64,000 nucleotides of DNA from Candidatus Kapaibacterium sp. (GCA_017882165.1 JADGPZ010000003.1:878-64877), one strand, 5' to 3'; shown: positions 1-8,905, counted from the stretch's first letter. Notes: a model not told the origin generated them from the letters alone. Translations and numbers: made by a program.

Positions 1-240
1 CGAGGTCGCCGTCCACGTCAACCCGAGATCAGTAGACTTTTTCACATCGCCTGCTCCCGCCCATACGATACCGTCCTTATAGGTCATCGCCCCACCGGAT
101 ATAGCATTAGACATCCAGAAGATTGGCTTCGTCGTCACCCGTTGCCATTGTTGGGCGCGAAGCGACTGGACGCAGAGCGGCAAGGCGCTCAGGAGCGCGA
201 CTACCGCAAAACACATGAAAGCAGAACGGCGCAGATTCAT
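1..240 (-). CDS. Partial CDS (N-terminal ~80 aa; gene continues beyond the window start) of a secreted protein with a signal peptide and a BNR/Asp-box-like motif (STDLGLTWT)
   Basis: Reverse-strand translation from ATG (plus-strand 'cat' at 238-240): MNLRRSAFMCFAVVALLSALPLCVQS... Truncated by the window edge, so absent from the ORF track. Confidence 0.35.
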   Translation of the reverse strand, partial: MNLRRSAFMCFAVVALLSALPLCVQSLRAQQWQRVTTKPIFWMSNAISGGAMTYKDGIVWAGAGDVKKSTDLGLTWTATS

Positions 241-405
241 CAGTAGAAGAGCGACACCTGAGACCTCTTGAATGTTACCACCCTTCTAATAACCTGAAAG
301 CTGGCGTTTTGTTACAGCCCAATCGCGGCATCTCGTCCGATATCGTATTTGTACGGCAACTTTGCTGCCCAAATCGCGTAGAAGCGGTCGATCTCCCGCA
401 ATTCG

Positions 406-413
406 TAACTTTG
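406..413 (+). promoter_or_regulatory. TAACTTTG: candidate Bacteroidetes-type sigmaA -7 element (TAnnTTTG) upstream of aconitase
   Basis: Exact TAnnTTTG match 24 nt upstream of ATG 437. The same motif at similar spacing recurs upstream of eno and the 58790 gene. Confidence 0.25.
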
Positions 414-436
414 CATCTCAAAAAACTGATATAACT

Positions 437-2893
437 ATGGCTCAATCATCGAACGGAGTAAACTTGCCAGTCGTAACTGCATCGCCCACGATGCAACCAT
501 TCCAGATCGCGGCGGAATCCGTTCCTATGGCCGAAATTCGCGCCAACAAGCGCGCGATGGCCGTCGAGACCACGCGAGAGTTGGTCGAGCGGGTTTATCA
601 GTGTTCGGAGAAGAACCTCGCCATCGTCCGCAAGCGGCTTGGCAGGCCACTGACGCTCGGCGAGAAGATCGTCTTCGGACATCTTGCTGAGGCTGAGACG
701 CAACCGCTCGAACGCGGCAAGAGCTTCCTGCGACTGATGGTAGACCGCGTCATCATGCAGGACGCAACGGCGCAAATGGCGATCCTACAGTTCATGCAGG
801 CTGGTAAGTTCGAGTCCGCAGTGCCGGCGAGCGTCCACTGCGATCACTTGATTCAGGCTTATGAAGGTTCCTCGACCGATCTGGGGCGCGCGCTTGATAC
901 GAACGCCGAGGTCTACAACTTTTTGAAATCCGCCTGCTCGAAGTATGGCATCGGTTTCTGGGGACCCGGCTCGGGCATTATCCATCAGGTCGTGCTGGAG
1001 AACTATGCCTTCCCCGGTGGTCTGATCATCGGCTCAGATTCGCATACGCCAAACATGGGCGGGCTTTCGATGGTCGCCATTGGCGTGGGCGGAGCGGATA
1101 CAGTGGATGCAATGGCCGGTTTTGCATGGGAGGTGCTGAATCCGAAACTCGTCGGCGTCAAGCTTACGGGCGAACTCAGCGGATGGGCAGCGCCGAAGGA
1201 CATTATCCTCCACGTCGCTGGCAAGCTAACGGTCAAAGGCGGCACGAACCGCATCATCGAATATTTCGGACCGGGCTGCGCGACGCTCTCGACCACTGGC
1301 AAAGCTACGGTCACCAATATGGGCGCGGAGATCGGCGCGACGACATCAGTCTTCCCGTTCGACCAGAACGCCGTCCGCTACATGAATGCAACCGAACGCG
1401 CAGAGCTGGGAAAACTTGCGGAGCAGTACAATCATCTGCTCACTGCCGATCCGGAAGTCGAGCAAAACCCGGAGAAGTACTTCGACGAAATTCTTGAGAT
1501 TGATCTTTCGAAATTGGAGCCGCTTATCAACGGCCCGTTTACGCCCGACCTGGCCCGGCCTGTTTCCGAAATGGCGAAGGATGCTTTGGCGAACGACTAT
1601 CCCGAGAAGGTCTCCGTGACGCTCGTTGGCTCCTGCACGAATTCGAGCTACGAGGACCTTTCCCGCGCTGCGAAGATTGCCGAGCAAGCGCGCGCCGTCG
1701 GTGCCCGCGTGAAGATGCCATTCTTCATCAATCCCGGCTCCGCACAAATTCGCGAGACGATCGAGCGCGATGGACAGCTCGCCTCGCTCGAAGCAATCGG
1801 CGGCGAGATGATGGCAAATGCCTGCGGTCCGTGCATCGGACAGTGGAAGCGCGATGACATCAAGAAGGGCGAGCGCAACACAATCATCAGTTCATACAAC
1901 CGGAATTTCCCAGGACGCAACGACGCGAATCCGGCTACGCTGGCATTCGTCGCAAGCCCGGAAGTCGTTATTGCCTACGCACTTGCTGGCGATCTCTCAA
2001 TTAATCCTTTATGTGATGAATTGACCGCCGAGGGCGGGAAGAAGTACCGCCTCACTCCCCCACCGAAAGTCGATGCCCTGCCGGCCAACGGCTACGCGGG
2101 TCGCCGCAAGGGATACATGCCGCCCGCGCCAAACGCAAGCAGCGTTGCAGTAGTCGTGGGGAGTGGCGACCCCGCCACTCCCAGCGAGCGATTGCAGATT
2201 CTCGATCCCTTCCAGCCAATGGTGAAAGATGAGATGACCGACCTGCCGGTGCTCATTAAGACCAAAGGCAAAACGACCACCGATCACATCTCGCCAGCCG
2301 GCACGTGGCTCCGGTATCGCGGACATCTCGATAAGATTTCGGATAACATGCTGACCGGCGCGATCAACGCGTGGTCCGGCGAGGCGGGCACGACGACGAA
2401 TATCTATACTCACGAAAAGAGCGTGCCGGTGCCACAGGTTGCGCGCGATTACAAGGCTCGCGGCAAGCGATGGGTCATCATTGGCGATGAGAACTATGGC
2501 GAAGGCTCGAGCCGCGAGCACGCCGCGATGTCGCCGCGATATTTGGGATGCCTCGCGGTTGTCGTGCGGAGCTTTGCCAGGATACACGAGTCCAACCTGA
2601 AGAAGCAGGGAATTCTGCCGCTCACGTTTGTCAACTCGGCGGACTATGACAAGATCAAGGAAGGGGATACCGTGTCGTTCGAGTATTTGCAGGAGCTTGA
2701 TCCTGTCCGCACGGTCAACATGAAAGTGAACCACCCCGATGGGACTTCTGAAATCATCGCGCTGGCGCATACGATGAACATGGAGCACATCGCCTGGTTC
2801 GAAGCCGGAAGCGCGCTCAATCTGATCCGTCTGCACGCGGGCGAGGCCTCGCTCACGGCCGGGATGCAGGAAGCGCCGCCGGTCGCGGCGTAA
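437..2893 (+). CDS. Aconitate hydratase (aconitase family)
   Basis: 843-aa ORF from TTG 362; probable ATG at 437 (MAQSSNG...). Aconitase hallmark motifs: IGSDSHT, GSCTNSS, CGPCIGQW, SYNRNFPGRN and SREHAA. Confidence 0.9.
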   Translation: MAQSSNGVNLPVVTASPTMQPFQIAAESVPMAEIRANKRAMAVETTRELVERVYQCSEKNLAIVRKRLGRPLTLGEKIVFGHLAEAETQPLERGKSFLRLMVDRVIMQDATAQMAILQFMQAGKFESAVPASVHCDHLIQAYEGSSTDLGRALDTNAEVYNFLKSACSKYGIGFWGPGSGIIHQVVLENYAFPGGLIIGSDSHTPNMGGLSMVAIGVGGADTVDAMAGFAWEVLNPKLVGVKLTGELSGWAAPKDIILHVAGKLTVKGGTNRIIEYFGPGCATLSTTGKATVTNMGAEIGATTSVFPFDQNAVRYMNATERAELGKLAEQYNHLLTADPEVEQNPEKYFDEILEIDLSKLEPLINGPFTPDLARPVSEMAKDALANDYPEKVSVTLVGSCTNSSYEDLSRAAKIAEQARAVGARVKMPFFINPGSAQIRETIERDGQLASLEAIGGEMMANACGPCIGQWKRDDIKKGERNTIISSYNRNFPGRNDANPATLAFVASPEVVIAYALAGDLSINPLCDELTAEGGKKYRLTPPPKVDALPANGYAGRRKGYMPPAPNASSVAVVVGSGDPATPSERLQILDPFQPMVKDEMTDLPVLIKTKGKTTTDHISPAGTWLRYRGHLDKISDNMLTGAINAWSGEAGTTTNIYTHEKSVPVPQVARDYKARGKRWVIIGDENYGEGSSREHAAMSPRYLGCLAVVVRSFARIHESNLKKQGILPLTFVNSADYDKIKEGDTVSFEYLQELDPVRTVNMKVNHPDGTSEIIALAHTMNMEHIAWFEAGSALNLIRLHAGEASLTAGMQEAPPVAA

Positions 2894-2925
2894 CTACCTG
2901 TAGCGACGTTTCGATCTTTGTCAAT

Positions 2926-3147
2926 TCAGAGCTTTTCCCACTCTTCGCGGGAGATATGCGCTTGGCGTAAGACCTTTTTCAACAGGTCAATCGCAATATC
3001 TCCGCGATGCGGATTAGGAATTTTGACTCTGCGAGAAACACCGATGTTCATGTAATCGTGATCACCTCCAGCACGAGGGCCATCAAACCCGGCGCGCCGG
3101 AGTGACGCGATCAAATCACGACGGCTAATGGGTCCGAAATGCGGCAT
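2926..3147 (-). CDS. hicA: HicA-family mRNA interferase toxin
   Basis: 73 aa. By my recollection the sequence resembles YcfA/HicA toxins. It overlaps the upstream hicB by 1 nt (TGATG). Confidence 0.6.
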   Translation of the reverse strand: MPHFGPISRRDLIASLRRAGFDGPRAGGDHDYMNIGVSRRVKIPNPHRGDIAIDLLKKVLRQAHISREEWEKL

Positions 3148-3386
3148 CAGGCTGGGACGTGCTCGTTGATGTCAATGCTATCGATAACCGGAATCTCAGC
3201 CCCATCGCGAAGACCGAGGATAAGCCACCCCTCGAGCGTACCTCGAAGGTCCTTCTCCGTATCCGCTAACGTCAACTCGTTCGCCCAGACTCCGTTGCAC
3301 TCAGGGATCTCTCCGTAAAATGACTTATCTTCTAAAATCTCGTATCTCGCGTGCCGCATCGCGGCGTCGATATATTCGGTCAGCAT
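3147..3386 (-). CDS. hicB: HicB-family antitoxin (UPF0150)
   Basis: 79 aa, ATG start, acidic. Translationally coupled to hicA, a typical type II TA organisation. Confidence 0.55.
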   Translation of the reverse strand: MLTEYIDAAMRHARYEILEDKSFYGEIPECNGVWANELTLADTEKDLRGTLEGWLILGLRDGAEIPVIDSIDINEHVPA

Positions 3387-3647
3387 GATTTTTTAACCGC
3401 GTCCGTAGCGAGGAAGTTCAGCCGTAGGGAGCCTCACCGCAGCAACATAACCGGCAGCGTGTGGACGCGGCCGTGCAGCGGATGATGCACTCGTACGCAC
3501 CCGACGCGGCGCAGGCATTCTCGGCTGCACCCTGGCGAGGCATCGCTCTCGGCCGGCATGCAGCAAGCGCCGCCGGAACCGGTGGCCGCGCAACATTTGC
3601 AGTGGGAATCGTTAGATTACCTTTCCCACACACGTTATCGAGATGCA

Positions 3648-4412
3648 ATGCTGAAGTTCACGGCCGTTTTTCTGCTTGGCGTAGCACTTCCGCATTTGAT
3701 TCATGCGCAGCAGCATCCGTTTAGGTCGGTTAGCTCTCAAGCCATAACCCTTTCCGAGCCTGAACTCGCAAGCATGGAGACAAAACAGGATCCGGGTACG
3801 GTTTTGGATAGCGGGCGATCTCTTGTGTTCTCAGCACGCACGGTCACCATTGTGATTCGCACCGGGCCGAGCGATGATATGCTCTCATATCGGATTCAGG
3901 GTCTACGAAATCCTACGCTCGACTTCCGACCTGGCGTCGAAGTGCACCTCCTCTTAGCAAACATGGACGATGACATGCACCACGATTTGCGTTTCGGCCG
4001 CAAGATGCACGCGTACATGCCCAATCCGGATACGGCTGGAACCGTTGGAACACACCGTCTTGCTCCTTCTCAGAGCGAGAAGTTCTCCGCTGAAGAAATC
4101 GTGTTCCGTTCGGTGGATACCGGGACGTTCAGCTACTTTTGCAGCGTCAAGGGGCATGCGGCTGGTGGCATGTCAGGGCATATTGTCATCGGAAGTAATC
4201 CTGCCTCTCTGGCGGCGATGCTAATTGGCCAATCTCCGATGAAGATGAGGACCACCGATGCTGGCTCACCGATGGACATGAAGCAAAGTGGCATGGAGAT
4301 GAAGTCTGGGACGATGATGGACTCAAGCAGGACGATGAAGCCGGGCATGAACATGGAACACTCCATGAACGGCCCGGCAAGTGGGGTCCTCCTCACGGAG
4401 CCGATGTCATAG
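3648..4412 (+). CDS. Secreted rusticyanin-like type-1 copper protein (cupredoxin) with a Met-rich C-terminal tail
   Basis: Signal peptide MLKFTAVFLLGVALPHLIHAQQ from ATG 3648. Cu-site motif YFCSVKGHAAGGMSGHIVIG (C-x4-H-x4-M; Cys codon 4140-4142) matches my recollection of rusticyanin (CQIPGHAATGMFGKIVV). Tail MKMRTTDAGSPMDMKQSGMEMKSGTMMDSSRTMKPGMNMEHSMNG resembles CopB/PcoB Cu(I)-binding Met motifs. The ORF ends at TAG 4410-4412, in frame with the next ORF. Confidence 0.7.
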   Translation: MLKFTAVFLLGVALPHLIHAQQHPFRSVSSQAITLSEPELASMETKQDPGTVLDSGRSLVFSARTVTIVIRTGPSDDMLSYRIQGLRNPTLDFRPGVEVHLLLANMDDDMHHDLRFGRKMHAYMPNPDTAGTVGTHRLAPSQSEKFSAEEIVFRSVDTGTFSYFCSVKGHAAGGMSGHIVIGSNPASLAAMLIGQSPMKMRTTDAGSPMDMKQSGMEMKSGTMMDSSRTMKPGMNMEHSMNGPASGVLLTEPMS

Positions 4413-4463
4413 GAGGGCTCTGGGACAAGTTGGCTTCCCGCATCCTCGCCGGTCTATGCGTCA

Positions 4464-5543
4464 ATGTACGAGAGTAATGGCTGGATGTCCATGCTGCACG
4501 GATCGATAATGCCGCGATTCGATCATCAGGGCGGGCCACGCGGCGGAGGTAAGTTTGATGCGCCGAATTGGATCATGGGGATGCTGAGCCATGACATCGG
4601 GAGTGACGGTCGCCTCACCTTCCGAGGAATGTTCAGTCTTGAGCCGTTAACCGAGGGCAGTTGTTATCCGATGCTGTTTCAAACGGGAGATACCTGGCAG
4701 GGTCAGCCCCTGATTGATTACAAAGATCCTCACAATCTCTTTAGCGAACTATCGGCAACGTACAGCCAACGATTGGCCGACCACTCATCGGCCTTCCTTT
4801 ACATCGGCTACCCGGGCGAACCAGCGCTTGGCCCCTCGGTCTTCATGCACCGACCGAGCGCGATGTCGAATCCCGATGCGCCGATCAGCCATGATTGGAT
4901 GGCCGGGACGCACATTACATTCGGAGTCGCGACTGTTGGCGTCAGCCTCGGTAATTGGAAATTGGAAGGGAGTGCGTTCAACGGAAGTGCGCCCCAGAGT
5001 CTGTATGGCTTCGATAAGCCGACGATCAATTCCTACAGTGGCCGGCTGTCGTTCAATCCGACTAACGAACTTTCCTTTCAGATATCCAGTGGACACATCA
5101 CAAATCCCGGAGGCGATAGCGTCGATCTCATCCGCTCCACCGCGTCGGCCATGTACACAAAGAATTTTGGTGACGGTTCGTGGTGGGCAACGACACTCTG
5201 TTGGGGTGAAAATCATGAGATACATTTCGCGAAGGAAGAAGCTCTCCTTCTCGAGTCGCAATACACGATTGAGGACTACAGTTTCTTTGGCCGAACCGTT
5301 TACGTTCAAAAGTCGGATGTTGAACTGGCATTCTCAGATAGCAGAACGCAACTCCATGATCTATCTGATGCAGCCATCGGGTTAACCCGGACCCTCTTCG
5401 ATCTTGCTGGAATGGAAGCTGGGATTGGCGCCCAGATTTCATATCATTTTGTACCAGAGTCCTTGCGTCCCCTCTACTCTGCTCATCCGGTTTCCTTTGA
5501 GCTATTCTTTGAAGTTCACTCTACCATCATGTCCGGAATGTGA
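4464..5543 (+). CDS. Putative outer-membrane beta-barrel protein (CopB-like?) without its own signal peptide; likely the C-terminal continuation of the upstream cupredoxin through an in-frame TAG
   Basis: 359 aa with an alternating amphipathic beta-strand pattern. N-terminus MYESNGWMSMLHG has no signal peptide. Same reading frame as 3648..4412, separated only by TAG 4410-4412. Confidence 0.45.
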   Translation: MYESNGWMSMLHGSIMPRFDHQGGPRGGGKFDAPNWIMGMLSHDIGSDGRLTFRGMFSLEPLTEGSCYPMLFQTGDTWQGQPLIDYKDPHNLFSELSATYSQRLADHSSAFLYIGYPGEPALGPSVFMHRPSAMSNPDAPISHDWMAGTHITFGVATVGVSLGNWKLEGSAFNGSAPQSLYGFDKPTINSYSGRLSFNPTNELSFQISSGHITNPGGDSVDLIRSTASAMYTKNFGDGSWWATTLCWGENHEIHFAKEEALLLESQYTIEDYSFFGRTVYVQKSDVELAFSDSRTQLHDLSDAAIGLTRTLFDLAGMEAGIGAQISYHFVPESLRPLYSAHPVSFELFFEVHSTIMSGM

Positions 5544-5799
5544 GTGGACTCCTTTGGGAAGTGTTTTGCCCGATAGCAGCTTCGGACAGCCAAGCTGGGA
5601 TTGCGGTCAACGCCACAGTGGTGTAGCGAGGTCAACCGGCGCGCAGATTACGAAGCCGCATAGGATCAGAGCAAGCGCCTTGACCCCCGAACGCCAGCGG
5701 TTGTTCGGGATGTTCAGATTCAACATATTAGTCGTGGCCTCTGGCCCGACCGAATTGTCACGGACGTTCTGGTTATCTCCGCGCGTGGCTTCCGTCAAA

Positions 5800-5930
5800 C
5801 CCCTCGCTTTTTCGGTCGGGCCAGAGTCACCGACCTACGCGTCTCGCTGGGCCGGGAAACCCGGCCACTACAGTTTGGCATTTCGTGTGCTGTGTTATGG
5901 TGTGGTTAGGGGCACCAATTAGCTCATTGA
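5800..5930. repeat. Hairpin-rich intergenic repeat element (includes ggccgggaaacccggcc 5849-5873)
   Basis: Shares gggccgggaaacccgg.ctaca with 11990-12014, followed by a similar gtgtt..ggttaggggcacc tract. Confidence 0.4.
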
Positions 5931-6255
5931 CAATGGATTCTGGGCGATTCATGAAAGAGACCGGCTCAATTGGCGAAATCCGTTCGTTTTGGGATATGAA
6001 AAGAACAAACACACGAAGCCGGATTTTCTTCCGGATGTGAAGATGCGGTGCCGTTAACTTTTCTTACGTTATCGTAAAGATAGCTAACGGTCGAAGCATG
6101 ACGCTCGCTGACTAAAGCGCGGAAGGCTTGCTCGGCAGCGCAGCCTTTCTCATACAACGGGATTGGCACAGAGACTGCTACTGTTCTTCCGGTTCGTCAA
6201 TCGGTTGAGTTGAGACACTCTCCCGCTAATCCGAAAAACGATAATAAAAGGAGCC

Positions 6256-7557
6256 GTGCGCATCAGCATGATTCGGAATAATTTTATCTTCGCCGCAGCA
6301 ATCGCGGTCACAGTCCTCGCCACAAACGGACAGTCCGCTCGGGCAAATCCGCTCTTTGCGCGGCAGTACAACACGTCGTGCTTCACGTGCCACACCTCTC
6401 CCCCGCTGCTCAATGAGTACGGCCGCCGGTTTCAGGCGAACGGCTACCAATTGCCGACGACGAGTGATAACATGGCGCAGGCAGCGCGGTCGGTGTTTCC
6501 GCTCGGACTTGTGGTGACGCCCATGGTGATGCACTCGCAGGTCCATGACAATCTCGCGGACAGCGCGATTTCGAGTTCGACCACGATTACCGGAATCATG
6601 ATGCGGTTCTTTACATCGGCATCGCTCGGGCAGCACTTCTCGTATTATGCCGGCATCCCGGTGACGGTCGCGAATGGCGAGACGAGCGTCGAGATCGAGA
6701 CGATCCATCTGCTCTACACCGATGTGCTCGGCGATGGACGCGGCGCGCTCAATTTCCAGATGGGCAAATTCCTGCTCTTCGCTCCGTTCACGCCGATGTT
6801 CTTGCTTTCCGGCGACGACCCGATCGTGTACAACGCCATGCACTACAAACCCATCGGCGAGAAGTTCGCTGCGAACGATATGAGCCTGACGAACCCGATG
6901 TTCGGCGCGAGCGCCTTCGGAACGCTCTATGGCATCGGACAGGGACTCCGCTGGCAAGTTGGAATGGTCGGCGGCAACAACAGCGACGTCGATCTCTCGA
7001 CCGCGCGCGCATTCTTCGGCTCGCTCGATCAAACCGTATTCTTCCACAATGCCCCTGCCCGATTTGGTGGCTTTTACTTCACAGGTTATCAGGATCTTTC
7101 GAGTTCGGAACCGGGGACATCAACCGCGATGGCAGGTATGCCTGGCATGGGAGGCAGTTCCGGCACGGGGCTTCTCAACCCGTGGCACAACAACGTAACG
7201 CGATTCGGCGGCGACTTGGAAATATACGACCCGTGGACCAAGCGGTTTGACTTCTTTGCGCAGTACATGGCGTGCGTGGACGACAACGTCGATAGCCTCG
7301 GGACGTCTTACAAAATGAGAGGCGGGTTCTTCGGCGTCAATGTGATTCTCATGCCGGAGAAACTCTACGCCTACGCCAGATACGATTGGATGCAGCGACT
7401 CACATATAAGAACGACCTTAGCGCCATTGATGTGGGCGTGCGATACCACGTCCTTCCGAACGTCGTCGTGACCGGCGGCGCGACGATCGCCAAAGAGGTA
7501 TCACTCATCGACCAGACGACGACATCCATTCGCGGCGGATTTCTTTTCGGATTCTAA
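6256..7557 (+). CDS. Cyc2-like fused monoheme cytochrome c / outer-membrane porin (candidate Fe(II) oxidase or extracellular electron-transfer protein)
   Basis: Signal peptide, then a single CxxCH (NPLFARQYNTSCFTCHTSPP) within ~25 aa of the mature N-terminus. The remaining ~380 aa are beta-strand-rich and end in GGFLFGF (C-terminal Phe of OM barrels). GTG 6256 or ATG 6268 start. Confidence 0.6.
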   Translation: MRISMIRNNFIFAAAIAVTVLATNGQSARANPLFARQYNTSCFTCHTSPPLLNEYGRRFQANGYQLPTTSDNMAQAARSVFPLGLVVTPMVMHSQVHDNLADSAISSSTTITGIMMRFFTSASLGQHFSYYAGIPVTVANGETSVEIETIHLLYTDVLGDGRGALNFQMGKFLLFAPFTPMFLLSGDDPIVYNAMHYKPIGEKFAANDMSLTNPMFGASAFGTLYGIGQGLRWQVGMVGGNNSDVDLSTARAFFGSLDQTVFFHNAPARFGGFYFTGYQDLSSSEPGTSTAMAGMPGMGGSSGTGLLNPWHNNVTRFGGDLEIYDPWTKRFDFFAQYMACVDDNVDSLGTSYKMRGGFFGVNVILMPEKLYAYARYDWMQRLTYKNDLSAIDVGVRYHVLPNVVVTGGATIAKEVSLIDQTTTSIRGGFLFGF

Positions 7558-7569
7558 CCAACGCAGATC

Positions 7570-8349
7570 ATGATTCTCCAATCCATTACCACCATCTGCG
7601 CGATCGGCGTCATTGCCGGTAGTTCGCTTACACTCGATCGGCCCAGCGCCGGATCGGATACGCCGGGCGCAGCTTCCGTCCCATCCGAGATGATCGCACG
7701 CGGCAAGACGGTCTTTGACATCGGCTGCTCGCCGTGCCATGGACTCGAAGGAGCGGGCGATGGCCCGCTCTCCGCCAATTTCCGGACACGCCCGCGCGAT
7801 CTCACGAAGGGTGTATACAAGAGCAGGTCCACGGCAAGCGGCCAGCTCCCCACCGATGATGACATCGACCGCGCAATCAGCGCAGGTATTCACACCAGCA
7901 CGATGCCGCCGTATCTCAAGATGTCGCCGGATGACCGCGCCGCAGTGGTGCAATACCTCAAGACGCTCGCCGTGCGCTTTACGGATTCGACCGAGTACCC
8001 GCTGGAAGTCCTCACGTTCAACCAACCGATTCCGGCAACTCCGCAGAGTATTGCGCTGGGTCGCGCAGCCTATATAAAGATGCAGTGCGATAACTGCCAC
8101 GGTGCATTTGGCAAAGGCGATGGCGTGTCATCAGAACTTCAGCACGATGATTTCGGCAACTACGTCCACACCACGGATCTCACGAACGCTTCCGATTTCA
8201 AATTCGCCCAGTCGGCGCAAGATGTCTATCGCATCTTCTCGACCGGCATGAACGGCTCACCGATGCCCTCCTATGCCGGGACGCTTCAGGACTCCGACCG
8301 CTGGCATCTCGCGAACTACGTGTGGGGTTTGCACGGTGGCGAGCGGTGA
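7570..8349 (+). CDS. Diheme c-type cytochrome (class I, c4/Cyc1-like), periplasmic
   Basis: Two CxxCH motifs (GCSPCHG and CDNCHGAFG) with Met candidates as sixth ligands, N-terminal signal/TM. Lies 12 nt downstream of the Cyc2-like gene. Confidence 0.7.
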   Translation: MILQSITTICAIGVIAGSSLTLDRPSAGSDTPGAASVPSEMIARGKTVFDIGCSPCHGLEGAGDGPLSANFRTRPRDLTKGVYKSRSTASGQLPTDDDIDRAISAGIHTSTMPPYLKMSPDDRAAVVQYLKTLAVRFTDSTEYPLEVLTFNQPIPATPQSIALGRAAYIKMQCDNCHGAFGKGDGVSSELQHDDFGNYVHTTDLTNASDFKFAQSAQDVYRIFSTGMNGSPMPSYAGTLQDSDRWHLANYVWGLHGGER

Positions 8350-8419
8350 GTAGCGACCGGTCACCCACAAGGATCATACATCGAATTGCATTGATGTTAG
8401 AACAACCTACTCTGGTGCT

Positions 8420-8680
8420 ATGGCAATCTATTTTACTCGTCACGCTCGGCAACGGCTGAAACTCTATCGGATCGACAGGAAAGCAGTTGAAGACGTTCTG
8501 ACCGACATCCGAGCCGATGAGGAGCCTATTGGCGAGAACCGGGAATTTGTCGCGGAGGCCTTTGTTCAAACCATCGGGTATCCGCTCAAGATCGCCTACA
8601 TTCGCGAAGTCGCTCGGGTGGTCGTCAAAACGCTGTATCCACTCGATAGAAAGACGAAATATGAAGATATCGTACGATAA
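8420..8680 (+). CDS. DUF4258-family protein (putative toxin of a TA-like pair)
   Basis: 86 aa. Overlaps the DUF2283 gene by 20 nt. DUF4258/DUF2283 pairing is recurrent by my recollection. Confidence 0.5.
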   Translation: MAIYFTRHARQRLKLYRIDRKAVEDVLTDIRADEEPIGENREFVAEAFVQTIGYPLKIAYIREVARVVVKTLYPLDRKTKYEDIVR

Positions 8681-8876
8681 AGAAGCAGACGCCGCTTATA
8701 TCCAGCTTTCGGATGAACAACCCGTGGCCGCCATCGAGGCCGGTGACGGCATAAACATTGACCTCACGGCCGACAAACGAATCGTCGGAATTGAAATTCT
8801 TGACGCTTCCAAAAAACTCTCGATCGACACACTCTACAAGTACGAGGTCGAGCAGGATGAGTTTGTAGGAGTGTAA
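8661..8876 (+). CDS. DUF2283-family protein (putative antitoxin partner)
   Basis: N-terminus MKISYDKEADAAYIQLSDE matches the DUF2283 signature (MKI.YD.EADA.YI.L). ATG at 8661. Confidence 0.55.
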   Translation: MKISYDKEADAAYIQLSDEQPVAAIEAGDGINIDLTADKRIVGIEILDASKKLSIDTLYKYEVEQDEFVGV

Positions 8877-8905
8877 AGCCGCGCAGGCACGTCGCCCTTT
8901 CATCC

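Noticed and set aside
2009-2836. 275-aa minus-strand ORF inside aconitase
   Set aside because: Antisense overlap with a gene with strong homology signals.
5560-5700. tRNA-like sequence suspected in the 5.5-5.7 kb intergenic stretch
   Set aside because: No acceptor/T-arm pairing or GTTCRANYC T-loop could be folded by hand.
5404-5922. 172-aa plus-strand ORF spanning the intergenic hairpin repeats
   Set aside because: Runs through repeat elements, and the translation has no protein-like character. The region is more likely non-coding.
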